This document shows positions 1 to 15,377 of a stretch of DNA of 64,000 nucleotides, in pieces (position 1 is the stretch's first letter; each line of letters starts with the position of its first letter). The DNA is from Perna viridis (taxonomy: Eukaryota): contig CM074511.1 of NCBI GenBank assembly GCA_037379345.1, positions 51,528,862 through 51,592,861 of the forward strand, in the 5' to 3' direction. Under the pieces are notes generated by a model. It did not search any database, was not told the origin of the DNA, and saw only the letters and a list, made by a program, of their open reading frames with translations. Made by a program: the position numbers and the translations under genes.

Positions 1-820
1 CATGTATTCTTTTCCCATACTTTACATCTGGGCATGCCTGAATACTAAAATCAGCAGAAGATTTTATCAATAATAGATTAACCTATAAGCAAGGGAAACA
101 GAAAATCTAGGAGACTTTTAATATCATTTTTACACTACACCAAACCTAATAATTTTTCCTACCAAATGTTTGTTTGCTGAGGAACAGGATTTCTGATCTA
201 TTTTCATATTATTCATTTCATTCAACAAAGTGAATGAAAAAACAAAACTAGAATTTCAAAAAATGTAAAGGTAGTTATGTAATGGTACATGTAAAATCTA
301 GATTCGAAAAATCCTAATAGTGATTTAAGGTGAAAGTAAATTAGGTTCTTAATAGAGAAATTACAGTTACAATAAACTGTACAACTCTCTCATTTGAGTT
401 GCTTTGTCCCACTAAAATCATACCTATACTTATTTGCATGGGAGAAATCAAAAACATTTAACAAGAATGGAAATGGTGAATATGTCAAAGAGACAACATC
501 CCAACCAGGATGCAAAATGTCTGTTCTAGGCCACCTAAAGGTTCAATGAGCAACAAGGAAACCCTCACAATACAGAGCAGATATTTGTACATACATAAAC
601 AAGACACAGCCCTAGCTAAAAACTGAAAATTGCACGTACTTTATGGGTCATATTTACATGTATACAAACTGAAGTACTAACTATTTATATGTATAAATCT
701 CAAGACTGATTGAATTGTAAGCTGAGAGTCATCATATGTATCAGACCATGATGGATTGGAATCATTACACCCTTACTGATTCATAAAAAGAATCATACAA
801 ATGATATTACTTAAACTCTA

Positions 821-3317
<2,497 letters not shown>

Positions 3318-3384
3318 TATCTTGTTCTTAAGGGTGAATTATCACAAAATTTATTCAAGTGCGTGCGTGCAAGATATCTTCTGC

Positions 3385-3452
3385 GTGAAAATGGCGACGT
3401 ATTGGATTTTATTCTAACATCCGGATACTAACCGGAATTCGTTTCCGGATAT
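3385..3452. promoter_or_regulatory. Probable VCP core promoter/TSS region
   Basis: CpG-rich stretch just upstream of the VCP ATG, with a YY1-like AAATGGCG (~3389) and clustered CCGGA ETS-like cores (3421-3450). Confidence 0.5.
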
Positions 3453-4539
3453 TTAAATAACAGCGAGGCTCAGTGGGGGTAGAATATATGCAGAATATAT
3501 TATAATGAAAAAAAGAACGGATCTACGATGAAATGCAAAAAATACAACGTAAATCCAAAAAAGTAAATAATTTTAATGAACCGTTGCAATTAATCGTTGG
3601 GGTTGTGATATACAACATGGAGTGAATGCTAATTCGGCGGTCTAATATTACTTTCGGCAAATGCATGGAATAACCATTTAGTTTAAATTAACCCACCAAA
3701 GATAATTTCGTTGAACATATATGAACAATTTAGTTTTTGGACTACACACTAAGTCTATACTTTATCGGTAACACCAAATACTTTGCGTATACATCCAGAT
3801 GAAGCCAGGGCTGAGTTAATACCAATATGCCTAATGATATACCTCATGCACGCGTTCATAGTTAATGCATTTATTAACATTATTTAATCAGTACAGTAAA
3901 TTTATGAAGCTGTTTACAAGCATCAGGGAAATTAAAGTTAATTTGAATCTTTTCAGACTATTTGCGAAACTGCAATACATCGAATCCCGAGAAAGTGCGG
4001 CTACTTAAGCATGCAGTGAGTAGTAAAATAAACTATAGGATTATTCAAAGATGACACCTCATCTGTAACACTAAAATTCGTTTTTTTTCTTAAGTAACCT
4101 TTGTAAAATAAAAAAAAGCAGAAACAGATCGGCAAAGAGTGGTGCACAATTTGTTGCTATATGTATTACATGGATGGTGGAGCATTTGACAATCTTGATA
4201 TTAAAACCTTCGTATTTTATGCAAATCGACTGCTAAACAAACTAAGATTTATATGGATTCTTATTTTTAGTGTAAAATGGTGTAGTTAGTTATATTATAG
4301 TCGATATAAAGTACTACAATACTTATGTTGGAGTTTTTGTATTTAGTATTCAGAAAGATTGTTTCCATCAAAAGTAATCTGTACTTATATATGGTAGCAT
4401 TAGTTAAGGTTTTGTAATTCTTTGACATCAGAATTTATTCCGGGAAAGATTTTCTATGATTGATAACCTTCAAGTTATCGTATTCCAGTTGGTATGAAGT
4501 TATGCTTGCACTGTAGATTCACGATGATTCCGTTGATTT

Positions 4540-5000
4540 ACTACAGACACTGTGAAGTCAACCTCATATCCTGGTCTACTATATGCCCGTTTTTGTATAC
4601 TCAAACATGTCAATGGTAAAAAAAAACTATCAGAGATCAAAGGAAAACTATTGAACAAACTATACGATAAACTTCATTCCGTATTGTCAACTTTCCTATC
4701 CTCTGTGGCAACATCCCTTCTGCACCTGCGTATGGAGTTTTCATATCACAACTCATACGTTATGCCAGAGCTTGTGGTAACTATGCAGACTGTTTTTATC
4801 GCGCTAGACTTCTAACAATTAGTCTTCTGGAACAGGGTTATGTTGTTACAATATTTTCCTTTTCTCTTTCGTCTATCCTGTACTTGACTATTTATGAGCA
4901 ACTCGGCGGGTGTTTCTAGAAAAGCAGAGGACGCTTAACCTACCAGTACACATGGTCTATTCTCCCAGTTTTTATTGGAGTCCGAGTTGCTGATTTACCA
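4540..5000 (+). mobile_element. Degenerate Penelope-like retroelement: RT C-terminal relic plus downstream structured tail
   Basis: Frameshifted peptide similar to KSASYLDL...GKLxxKLYDK...IVNFPxLCGNIPSAPAYGVFISQLIRYARAC, homologous to the copy at ~25.1 kb. An inverted repeat follows at 4897-4991. Confidence 0.7.
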
Positions 5001-5181
5001 TTGCTACTTTGTATGTTGCTGATTATTTTGGTTTTCGCTCAAATCTTGGTTATTTGATTACTCTTTCATTGATACGTCATTCTGGTTTTGTTCAAGAAAA
5101 TAGGAGAGAAAAATGGAAAATATACAGAATACACTAGTTATGCTATTTAATAGTTGTAAAAATTATCACGTGAGCTTGCCA

Positions 5182-6475
5182 TTTTAGCTCATCTGGCTGA
5201 ATGTCATGTGACCTATTGCCAAAACTTGGCGTCCGTTGTCGTCGTTAACAATTTTCAAAACTTCTCTCCTCTGACACTACTTGACCAATTAATAAACCAA
5301 ACTTTGCATGAACGTTTCTTCGGGTAACCTCCATAGAATTGACGTGGAATTTTTTACCGTCGAAAAACATGGCCGCCGTTACTGAAAATAGAACTTAGGG
5401 GTCAGACAGAAGTTTTTTGGCTGATATATCCGATACCGTTAGGTTTAACCAAATTCTAACAGAGTAAAAGTATTTAGCATGATGAGATCTATCTGTACTC
5501 AAATTTTCGTTTTGATATGTGCCATGTTTGAGTAAAATTTTGCCCTTTTTCGACGTTATTTCTCTTTTAAATATTTTCCTTTCAAAAATCTTCTCTTCTG
5601 ACATTTCCAATTGGATCCCAATTTTGTATGAATATTTCTTATGGTACTCTGCATGGAAATGAAGTAGGTATTTTTCATCCATGAAAAAACATGGCCGCGT
5701 TATTAAAATAGAATAAAGGGGTCACACAGATTTTTTAAACAGTTAGGTTTAGCTAATTCTGATAGTGTAAAAGTGTTCAGCATGATTAGGTCTGTCAGAG
5801 GTAAAATTTTCGTTTTAATTTGTTCAGCCATGTTTGAGTTGTTGTGCTTATTCGACGTTTTTATTTTGCTCTTTTTAAAGATTTTTCTTTCAAAAATCTT
5901 CTCTTCTGACATTTCTTGACCAATGGGGTCTAAATTTGATACGAAAATTCTTTAGGGAATTGTGCATAGAACTGATGTGGAAATTTTTGATCCGGCGAAA
6001 ATCATGGCCGCCGTTACTGCAAATAGAACAACGGGGTCAGACAGAAGTTCTTCGTATCTTTATCTCTAAAACCGTTAGGTTTAGCCAAATACTGACAGGG
6101 TAAAATTGTTTAGCGTGATAAGATCTACATCAAATCAAAACTAGACCAAATAGAACCAAAATCAGTATGAATATTCCCTAGGGTATTCTGCATAGACCTG
6201 TTGTGTGTTTTATCCGAAAACATGTCCACTGTTATTTTAAATAGAACAAAGGTGTCATTCAGAGGTTTTTTCTCATGTATCTCCTAAACTGTTAGGTTTT
6301 GCCATTTTTATTTTTATCATAATGCCTACGAAAGTCTGAAGGGATTACTGTTGTCGGACGACGTTTGCCTTTGAAGAGCGAAAATGACGTTTTTTAGCAG
6401 TTTAATTCAGACAATAACATGATAACTATAGTAGATAGAAAGAAACTCTCAACTGATGAAATGATCCTTATGATA
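5182..6475 (+). mobile_element. Helentron-associated (HINE-like) non-autonomous element, family A, copy 1 (3' end disrupted)
   Basis: Starts TTTTAGCTCATCTGG, followed by a (GTC)n microsatellite. Internal ~260-320-bp tandem units carry AAAACATGGCCGCCGTTACT...AAATAGAAC...GGGGTC (5367, 5689, 6002, 6260). Homologous to 8675-9503 and 13986-15377. Confidence 0.7.
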
Positions 6476-6774
6476 AGTTAGCTTGCAAAGGAAAAAAAAT
6501 AACCGTCGCAATAATCAACCACAGGCCTTTGTGACAAGGATTTTTTTATCACAAAAATATCATTAAATCATTTTAGTTTGAGTTAATATGTATGTTCTCA
6601 GTCTATAGACGAAAAACTTGGCATGGTATAAATAGTATTAAATAGCAAGAGGACATGACTGAGAACTCACATAATAACTCAAGAAAATGATTTAATGACA
6701 TTTTAGAAAAATATGTGTCCTGGTCCTAAGGGCCTGTGGTTAAATCATTTTTTTTTTCTTTGCAAGCTAACTTA
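6474..6774. mobile_element. ~300-bp foldback/MITE-like imperfect palindrome
   Basis: TAAGTTAGCTTGCAAAG (6474-6490) and CTTTGCAAGCTAACTTA (6758-6774) are perfect inverted repeats. Inner pairs continue the symmetry (AACCACAGGCC/GGCCTGTGGTT, TCATTAAATCATTTT/AAAATGATTTAATGA, GTTCTCAGTC/GACTGAGAAC). Confidence 0.75.
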
Positions 6775-6972
6775 CCATCTTTTACCATCGTATGCTTCTT
6801 ATATTCTGGTTTAAAAAATAAACACGTTTTCGTTTTGCCATTTAATAGCTTTATTCAAAGCCGTCTTTCAAAACCAGTTTTAAAAATAGAGGGGCGATAT
6901 GATTATGGGTCGACTTTTATTTAAATACGGAATGTCTCGGACGTTTCCCCAATCACAGACAAATTGGTCAAA

Positions 6973-9900
6973 ATGGCAGGAATAAGAGGTGATGACAAAT
7001 CAGGATCATAATATTCTCCCCAAATCCTAAATATTTTAATTAAGATCTAACTATATTGTCATTTAAAAATATTTGTTTATTATGATATTATATGTAAGTA
7101 ACTTGGTTTTACGAATTGAATGTTACTGACTAAGATGAGTATTTTCCAATTTTACAGTTTGTAAACAAAAAAAATCATTTCATTTGCAATCTCAATATTC
7201 TCAAACTATATCGATGACTCAAACAATTAGCTATTGTGTACTGACAGCAGGCAACACTATGGTTTAGTAATTATATAATTTATTTCATACATATGATCAT
7301 TAATAATTAAACCACTGTGTTCTGATATTCTAAGTTCAATCTAATGTCTGAATTGTTGCCTTTTTTATAGGCAATGGCTGCTCATCCACACATTCCCAGA
7401 CAAGGAGCATCTTCAGGCTAATTGTCCACAGATCTGGATTGCATCGAAAACATGGAAACACTTGAATTGTTTCAGATAAAATTGTCGAAATTATCTGCAC
7501 GACTATTAATGGAATGTTCTTAAAATTTTAGTTTATTGAAAGAAAGATCAGTGTAGGCCTGTATTCAGGAATTTGAAGAGGGGAGTTCTTTAGACTTGCA
7601 CCATGAGATGTGTATTTTGTCTTAATTCTGAATGATTTTTAATCTATTTTACATTAGATATGATTTAAATTTTATTTGTATCATTTTTTATATAATTGTA
7701 AAACACAAATTTCTCACAGTATCCAAATCACTATGTGCACGAAGCATGCCCATCAAGATTTCTTGTGTTATTGACTGAAACCGGATGTGTGGACAATTAG
7801 CCTGTAGAGGCTCCCAGTCCATGAAGGCGTGGACAAGCAGTTACTGCCATTTTTATCAGGCTTGAAATCGGGTATAATCTCCCATTTTGGGGCCTATCTC
7901 TAATAAAGTTGCTTTTTTAACCCAAAAAGTAATTTCTGTCAACTAATATGATTAATCCAATTCATATATGAACATATATATCAAATTTGATTAAAAAATC
8001 ATTTTTTTCTTTTTTTTCATAACTCCTTGTCTTCCTGAAAATTACATATTTAGCGTGAGTATAAGTACATTACTTTTTTATATTTTTTTGTCGTCAAAAT
8101 TTGTTTTTCATATTCACTGAGAGTAAACTAAATGCAAACATAATTGAGAAAAATATCAACAATAAATTGTAAGCAGAAAGAATAGAAAGCAGTGTGCTGA
8201 TGGTAAATTTATAATGACTTTTAATGTTTAAGGTATTTGGTAACATTTACATGTTATTAATATTAATATCAAGTTTGTTCATTGTATTGTACATATTTAA
8301 TGTAATTAGGCAAGGAAAGATTTACTTCTACCTGTCTTTTATTTATTTCAGTTTGATAGCAATGGCATTTTCTGCAGCTGTTGGTGTGACATTTTTGGTA
8401 CTTGGTTGTGCCTTATATGAGTATGTATATTATTGTTATGAACATCAAACAGTACATACAGCTACATATTCAGGCTAATTTCTCTTATTTTTCTAAGAAT
8501 AACTGTTTTTTTCTAATTATTTTAATATGGATGTAAGTTTATATTCACATTGGAACAAGTGTTAGTTTAACCTTTTCAATGATGCACAGTAAGTATAACA
8601 TATGGCTGTTACTCATGCATTTTTCAAATATTTTTAGGTGTGAAGTGTACACATAATTTCAAGCTTTCATAGCCTTTTTAGCTCACCTGGCCAAAGGCCA
8701 TGTGAGCTATTGCCATCACTTGGCATCCATCTTCGTCTGTCGTTGTCGTCCATTGTCGCCGTTAACAATTATACGAAACTCTTCTCCTCTGAAACTAGTT
8801 GACTAATTATAACCAAACTTGGTATAAATGTTCCTTGGGGTGTCCTGCATAGAACTGATGTGAGGATTTTTGATTTATCGAAAAAACATGGCCGCTGTTA
8901 CTAAAAATAGAACATAGGGGTCAGACAGTAGTTTTTCACATATATCTCCTGAACCATTAGGTTCAGCTAAAATCTTACGTGGGTAAAAGTGTTCAGCATG
9001 ATGAGATTTATCTCTTGTCAAATTTTGGTTTTAATCCATTAAGCCATGTTGAAGTTATTGCCCTTTTTCAGTGATTTATGCTATTTTTAATGTTATTTGT
9101 TTCAAAAATCTCCTCTGACACTACTGGTATAAATGTTCCTTGGGGTATACTGCATAGAACTGATGTGGGGATTTTTGATTTGCCAAAACTGTTAGGTTTA
9201 TCTAAATTCTTTCAATAGCTGAAAGGATCCATGTTATTAGGAGTACAAAACTCTTCAGACTCCTTGTAAGAGTTATTGGCCTTGAAAGGGGAAAAATGAC
9301 CTTTTTTTTTAATAGTTTTCAGTCAATATCTTGAAAACTATGATATATTAAAAGAAACTTTCAATTGTTAAAAAGATCTTGTGATAAGTCCTACCAAAGA
9401 CTTCTTGAGTCAAAATTGTTGGACAACTTCTTGTTAAAATTTTTGCCTTTGAAAGGCAAAATTCAACAAGGTGAGCAATTCAGGCTCCTGGGAGCCTCTT
9501 GTTTATCTTTGTGGTCAATTGAATTGGTTAAATACTGTCTCCCAAATAAGTGTCTACTCTATCTTCGTTAAGGTACTTCATTCTGTATTTTTTACAACCA
9601 CAAAGATTTGTGGTCATATAATACATGTAGTATGACCCTGTCATCGTCCAGACACTCAGTATCTAAGAAATAACTTGAATATCAGTTGGTTGCTCTTTAT
9701 AAAATTGACAAGGTTTCAAACTACAACAGGAAGGTTGGTATTGTTATTGGGGGATATTGCCCCAACTGCTTAATAAAGGGCCAGAAAGAGCCAAAAATAA
9801 GCATTTCATAGAATCTTACTATATGACTCCAGAAAAAGCTTAGAATTGTATATGACATGCTGTTCCACAATATTCTGTACAACAATAGAAAGACTTATGG

Positions 9901-11629
9901 ATTTTTGGGGTTAAGACTTGAAACTTGAGAAATTAAGGGCATAAAAGGAGGGGGTCAGAAACATGCATTTTCCTTATGCCCAGACAGTAACTTGACTATT
10001 AGTGAATGGATCACTTTGAAATTGTATAATAAGGTGCCATACCATCAAAGGAAGACGTGATTGATTGTTGGGCAGTGACTTGAGCCAAGTATGAATAAGG
10101 GACCAGAAACAGGAACCCTTTTTTTTTATTCCTGGATAATGATATAAGTATAAGGGAACGAATCTCTTTGAAAATGTACCACAAGTGCAGTACTATCAAA
10201 AGAAGGTTTAGATTGATTTTGAAGGTTTCCGCTTCAACCATTTAGGAATAAGAGGACGAAAAAGTTAACAATTTAAAACTGGTCAAATTCATATCCTGTG
10301 TCAAATATGTAATCATAATCAAAATTCAAAGCTGAAACGTTTGAATAAAGTGTCCATGCTTGCCCATACTGTTCAGGGTTCAACCTTTGAGGTCGTACTA
10401 GGCTGTTCTGTGAAGCATTTTATTGATTGTCAAATTTTGAGAAATTTCATGCAGACACCAAAGGCAATCATCTGCAAGCTTTTTTTACCAGTACCAGTTG
10501 AAAGATGTTATGTTTTTTCAGATTAAGGGTAATTCTGGTGATGTTTTATTTCAGTAACTGGTGGCCTATGTTTGTTTTGATATTCTATTTCCTGTCACCT
10601 GTACCTACTGTGATATCTAGAAGAATGTCAGACAGTCTAGACACAGCCAGTAGTGCTTGTGTAGAGTTGGCAATTTTCCTCACCACAGGCATTGTTATAT
10701 CAGCTGTTGGACTGCCTGTTGTGTTGGCTCATGTTACAGTTGTGAGTACATTAGATATTTTTAGTGTTTTGCTTGTTTTGAGCAAATCAGAATGTATAAT
10801 CTTGTTTAACTGGTCATTTCTATAAATATAACACAATGAAGTTTAAAGTTTCATACAAGTAATTAAGTCTGCTTTAGCCATTTCATTTGTCTTTTTACTG
10901 TCTTACTGAAAGTACCCAGGCAACAATTGTGAAACTTTACTAAATGTATATACCTGAGTTGATGTTTCTTGATAATTTTTTTAAAACATTTTGAGACCAA
11001 ATGGCAAATGTTCATGATAAGATAATGAAGTGAATAATCAAAATGTGATCATGAGTGCCAAAGAATGTCTTTATTTAATGAGTGTGCAGAACCTTTTCCA
11101 TACACATTAAATCTTAATGTCTTCTTGGCACGAGTGATTATATTTGAGTTCTTAATGATGTTCGATGACCATTTAATTGTCCTATTTATTATATAGATTT
11201 TCTCAATATTTTATGTTCATTTTCAACATGAATTTTAAATTTTATGATCGGTGGATTGATATTCATGTTGTGACGTTTTGGCAGTAGAAAGTCAGAGAAT
11301 GAAATTACCAAATTTATTGTGTGAATTACCAATTTTTTTTAAACAGGTAACATTTCATAAATTACTGCTTTCTATACAATAATTAAATTTATTATCTTAT
11401 TAATGTTTTGTTTGACACAGACTTTATTAGGATAACTTTATACTTACCATGTAAGAATTTTTTTTATGAATACAAACATTGATAGATGATATGAAGGTGA
11501 ACGGTTTAATTGTAGATTGATTGGGGAGCTTGTGGCCTAGTATTAGCTGGCAATATTGTGGTGTTCCTGACAATACTGGGATATTTCTTTGTATTTGGAA
11601 ATGAAGATCTGGACTATTCATCTTGGTAA
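6973..11629 (+). CDS. LEPROT: Leptin receptor gene-related protein / Vps55 family (LEPROT/LEPROTL1-like); exons 6973-6988, ~8352(or 8360)-8420, 10555-10741, 11516-11629
   Basis: [28 protein letters not shown]|[17 protein letters not shown]...[29 protein letters not shown]|[37 protein letters not shown] has the Vps55 four-TM pattern. Exons 2-4 are phase-consistent; the exon 1/2 junction has a one-base phase problem (see findings). Confidence 0.93.
8675..9503 (+). mobile_element. HINE-like element family A, copy 2 (both ends present), LEPROT intron 2
   Basis: 5' TTTTTAGCTCACCTGG; 3' subterminal IR AGGTGAGC followed by the hairpin AGGCTCC-TG-GGAGCCT and a T-rich flank. This is the usual HINE layout. 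Confidence 0.75.
9588..10425 (+). mobile_element. Second HINE-like repeat family (B), degenerate copy
   Basis: Terminal hairpin (ACCACAAAGATTTGTGGT) and internal units with GATTTTTGGGG...AAGGGCCAAAA and ATAACTTGA. Homologous copies lie at ~12.6-13.6 kb (+) and ~18.5-19.1 kb (-). Confidence 0.5.
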
Positions 11630-12606
11630 TGATGTTGGATTTTACTAATAACCAGCATCTGGTTTATGTTTTATACTTAAATAATTTATTGATACAAACA
11701 ATGTATATGAACAGTTTACCAGTATTTTCATTAGAAATGCATTTGTAAGGAATTTATTTAATGGCTTTGTAAACAGTGTAAATTTCTTACATCTTAAAAG
11801 AAGATTTCGAGTCTTGAATTTGATATTTTTGTCTTGTCTCCCTGTTAACTCAATTGCTTTTAATACTCTCTGTCTTATTTTAGGTACATATTGCATCATA
11901 CCTATAATTTACATTAATTATGTTAAGCTTATGAGGTTTTTGGTCCTGGATTGTGAACAATATTCATAATGATCACTTTTATAGTGCTAGCCATTGGTGC
12001 ACATACATGTTATTATTTTTTTCTTAACTGTCTTTTTCTTTTTTTTTTAAACATGTAATTATTAATCAGCAAAACTCATACTGTATCATATTAATTTGAA
12101 ATTGTATATATGTTTGCATGTTATTATATTCCATTTAAGTCATTACCAGCAGTAGTTAGTACTGCTATCTGTAGTAGACTATGTCTTGTCAGGACATTGA
12201 CATTTTGAGAAGACTAGAAATGAATATACATAACATAATTACCAGTATTTCCATTGGGTCAATCAATTATTTGGGACTTAGAACATTTAAGATAAAAAAA
12301 GGTATGACCAAGTTTGATTTAACTTTTTAGCAAGACCCAGAGTGTGCACTATGCTGTCATTATCTAAAACAATCAACTCATTGTAGCAATATAATTGTAA
12401 AATATCTATTAACAGTTTTTGCACTAGTTTTACATTCATTGGGCTTTAGGAAGTCTTTCTTTAAAATTAGATACTGTTAAAGATTGCATTTTTGTTTCGA
12501 AAACATTTGTAGTGGTTCATCATGCCAGTTTATTTAAATAAATAAACTGAGACAAGATACTGTGATTTGATAGGATTGAAATAGTTATTTGTATCCCTTG
12601 AATTAT

Positions 12607-13585
12607 TTTTAATATGACCACAAAAAATGTGCAGTTGTATATTGGTATGGCGTTGTCATCATCAACACTTGGCTTTCGTGTGATAACTTAAGTATTAGTC
12701 AGTTTATATAAAATTTTTCAAAAAGGTTTCAAACCAGAAAAGGAAGGTTTGTATTGATTTTGGGGGTTATGACCCCAATCGTTTTAGAATTAGCGGCCAA
12801 AAGGGACCTTAAACAAGTATTTTGTGGAATTAAACTATATAACGACGATAATAGCATAGGAATGTCTATGATATTGTTCCACAATATTCTGTACCACAAT
12901 TGGATTGATTTTTGGGGTGAAAACTTGAACTTTTCAGAAATAAGGGACCAAAAATGGGGACATTTTTCTGATTTCCACACTATAACTTGACTATTAGGGA
13001 ATGAATCTTTTAGAAATAGCATAATAAGGTGTGATATCACAAAAAGGAAGACTGGAATTGATTTTTGGGGTTGTGACTTTGGCCAAGTAAGAATAAGGGG
13101 CCATTTTTCTGGTCTGATTTTGAAAAAAAAATTATTAGATTCCCCATGAAAAAAATCCTTGCTTGCATATTTCAATCAGATGTCTTTGTTATAAGGGGCC
13201 AAATGGGACCACACCCAAAAAAACTGACTTTTTATTTTTGGTGCAAGTTTTAATTTTTTTATTGGTATTCCATATGAAAATCCCAGCCTAAATACAATAG
13301 CTTTAAAAAGTTTGCTTACCAAATTAACTCTTTTGTTTACTGTTTTTTTTTTAGATGATGAGGTACAAAGTGATCCATGAATGCATCTCGAAGCAGACCT
13401 TTATTCTTAAATCAAATTTAAAAATGTTGTGCAATATTGTGTCCAAATGACTTGTTGTCCATAATGAACTGTAGGTCACTATATTTAATGTGTCAAAAAC
13501 TAATGTTGTGTCCACACCTGCCTCAAGTCAACAGCATTCAACTGGCTGCAGTCATATCATGCTGTGCTTGGCAAAACTTTTTATT
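12607..13585 (+). mobile_element. HINE-like family B copy
   Basis: Same terminal motif (TATGACCACAAAAAA...GTTGTATATTGGTATG) and internal units as 9588-10425. Confidence 0.5.
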
Positions 13586-13985
13586 CTAGTTTGAAGTAAA
13601 AATGCAATTTGCTTCTTTTCAACACTAGTAATTTAAACTCAACTGTTCATAGAAATTGTTCTTTCATTGTGTTCATTTTTTGTCCACTTTTAAATCTGTT
13701 ATGTAAATAAAAATTATTTAGCTCAGATTAATAGAGATGACCCCAAAATAAACATAAAGGGAAAAACTTTATTTATAGTAAAAAAAAAATGACATTCTTA
13801 GTTCATGTATTTTCAAGTTCATTCTTGATACAGATGACAGATTTTCAATATAAGGAAATTCTAAATTACTGATTATCTACTTATTGCATACTTCGTCTGC
13901 ATTTCATTTCTTTTCATTGAGTAGTTTTTTCCATCAAGGTAATTATCTGTGTACTATAATTAATGTTGTATTTTGACATGAATTA

Positions 13986-15377
13986 TTTTTAGCTCACCTG
14001 GCTGTAGGCCATGTGAACTATTGCCATCACTTGGCATCCATCGTCGTTAACAATTTCTTCAAACATCTTCTTTTCTGAAACTATTGAATAGATTTGCATG
14101 AAACTTATCTTGACTGTTCCTTAGAGTATCCTGCACATAATGAATGTTTGGATTTTTGATTGGTTAAAAAACATGGCCGCTGTTACTAAAAATGGAACAT
14201 AGGGGTCAGACAGCAGATTTTTGCATATATCTCCAAAACTGTTAGGTTTAGCCAAATTCTGACAGAATGTAAGTATTCAGCATGATGAGATCTATCTGTG
14301 GTCAAATTTTGGTAAAAATCTGTTGACCCATGTTGGAGTTATTGCTCTTTTTGGACATTTTTTTTGGTGCTGTTTTTGATGTTATTACTTTCAAAAATCT
14401 TTTTCTCAAAAACTACAAAAAAGAATTCAATGAAATGGTATTTTTAATTTTTAGGGTATCCTTAACAAAAGGACTGTTTGGATTTTTTGATCGGTTAAAA
14501 ACATGGCCATCATTACTAAAAATAGAACATAGGGGTCAGACAGCAGATTTTTGCATATATCTCCAAAACCGTTAGGTTTAGCCAAATTCTGACATCGGTG
14601 AAAGTATTGAGCATAATGAGATCTATCTGTGTTCAAATTTTGGTAAAAATCTGTTGACCCATGTTGGAGTTATTGCCCTTTTTGGGCGGTTTTTGCTGTT
14701 TTTTTATGTTATTACTTTCAAAAATCGTCTTCTCAAAAACTACTTTACAGAATTCAATGGAAGTCGGTATTTTTAATTTTTAGGGTATCCTTAACAAAAT
14801 GACTGTTAAAAAACATGGCTGCCATTACTAGAAATAGAACATAGGGGTCGTACAGTAGTTTTTTGCATTTATATCTCCAAAACCGTTAGGTTTGGCCAAT
14901 ATTTTTCAATTGCTGAAATATCCTTATTATAAGGCCTACAAAAGTCTCCAAGGGATCAAGTTGTGAGACAACTCCATATGAAGGTTATTGTCCTTGAGAA
15001 GTGAAAAATGACTTTTCTACAGTTTTCAGCCTATATCTTTAAAACTATGATAGATAGAATGAAACTTTCAATTGCTGAAATGATTCTTATTATAAGGCCT
15101 ACAAAAGTCTCCAGGGATCAAAGTTGTTAGACGACTCCATATAAGAGCTATTGCCCTTGAAAGGTTGAAAATTACGTTTTTTGCATTTTTCAGTCAGTAT
15201 CTTGAAAACTATAATAGGTAGAATGAAACTTTCAATTGATGAAATGATCCTCATGATAAGTCCTACCAAAGCCTTCATGAAGTCAAAATTGTCGGACAAC
15301 TTCTTGTTAGAGTTACTGCCCTTGAAAGGCAAAAATTTAACCAGGTGAACAATTTAGGCTCCTGGGAGCCTCTTGTT
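13986..15377 (+). mobile_element. HINE-like element family A, copy 3, with expanded internal tandem array
   Basis: TTTTTAGCTCACCTGG start; near-identical ~330-bp tandem units (ACATGG anchors at 14171, 14501, 14813); 3' CAGGTGAAC followed by the AGGCTCCTGGGAGCCT hairpin. Confidence 0.78.

Noticed and set aside
12729-13175. 148-aa ORF and other 60-130-aa hydrophobic ORFs in repeats and introns
   Set aside because: They have the F/L/I/K-rich composition expected from AT-rich non-coding DNA, lie within repeats, and lack splice or homology support.
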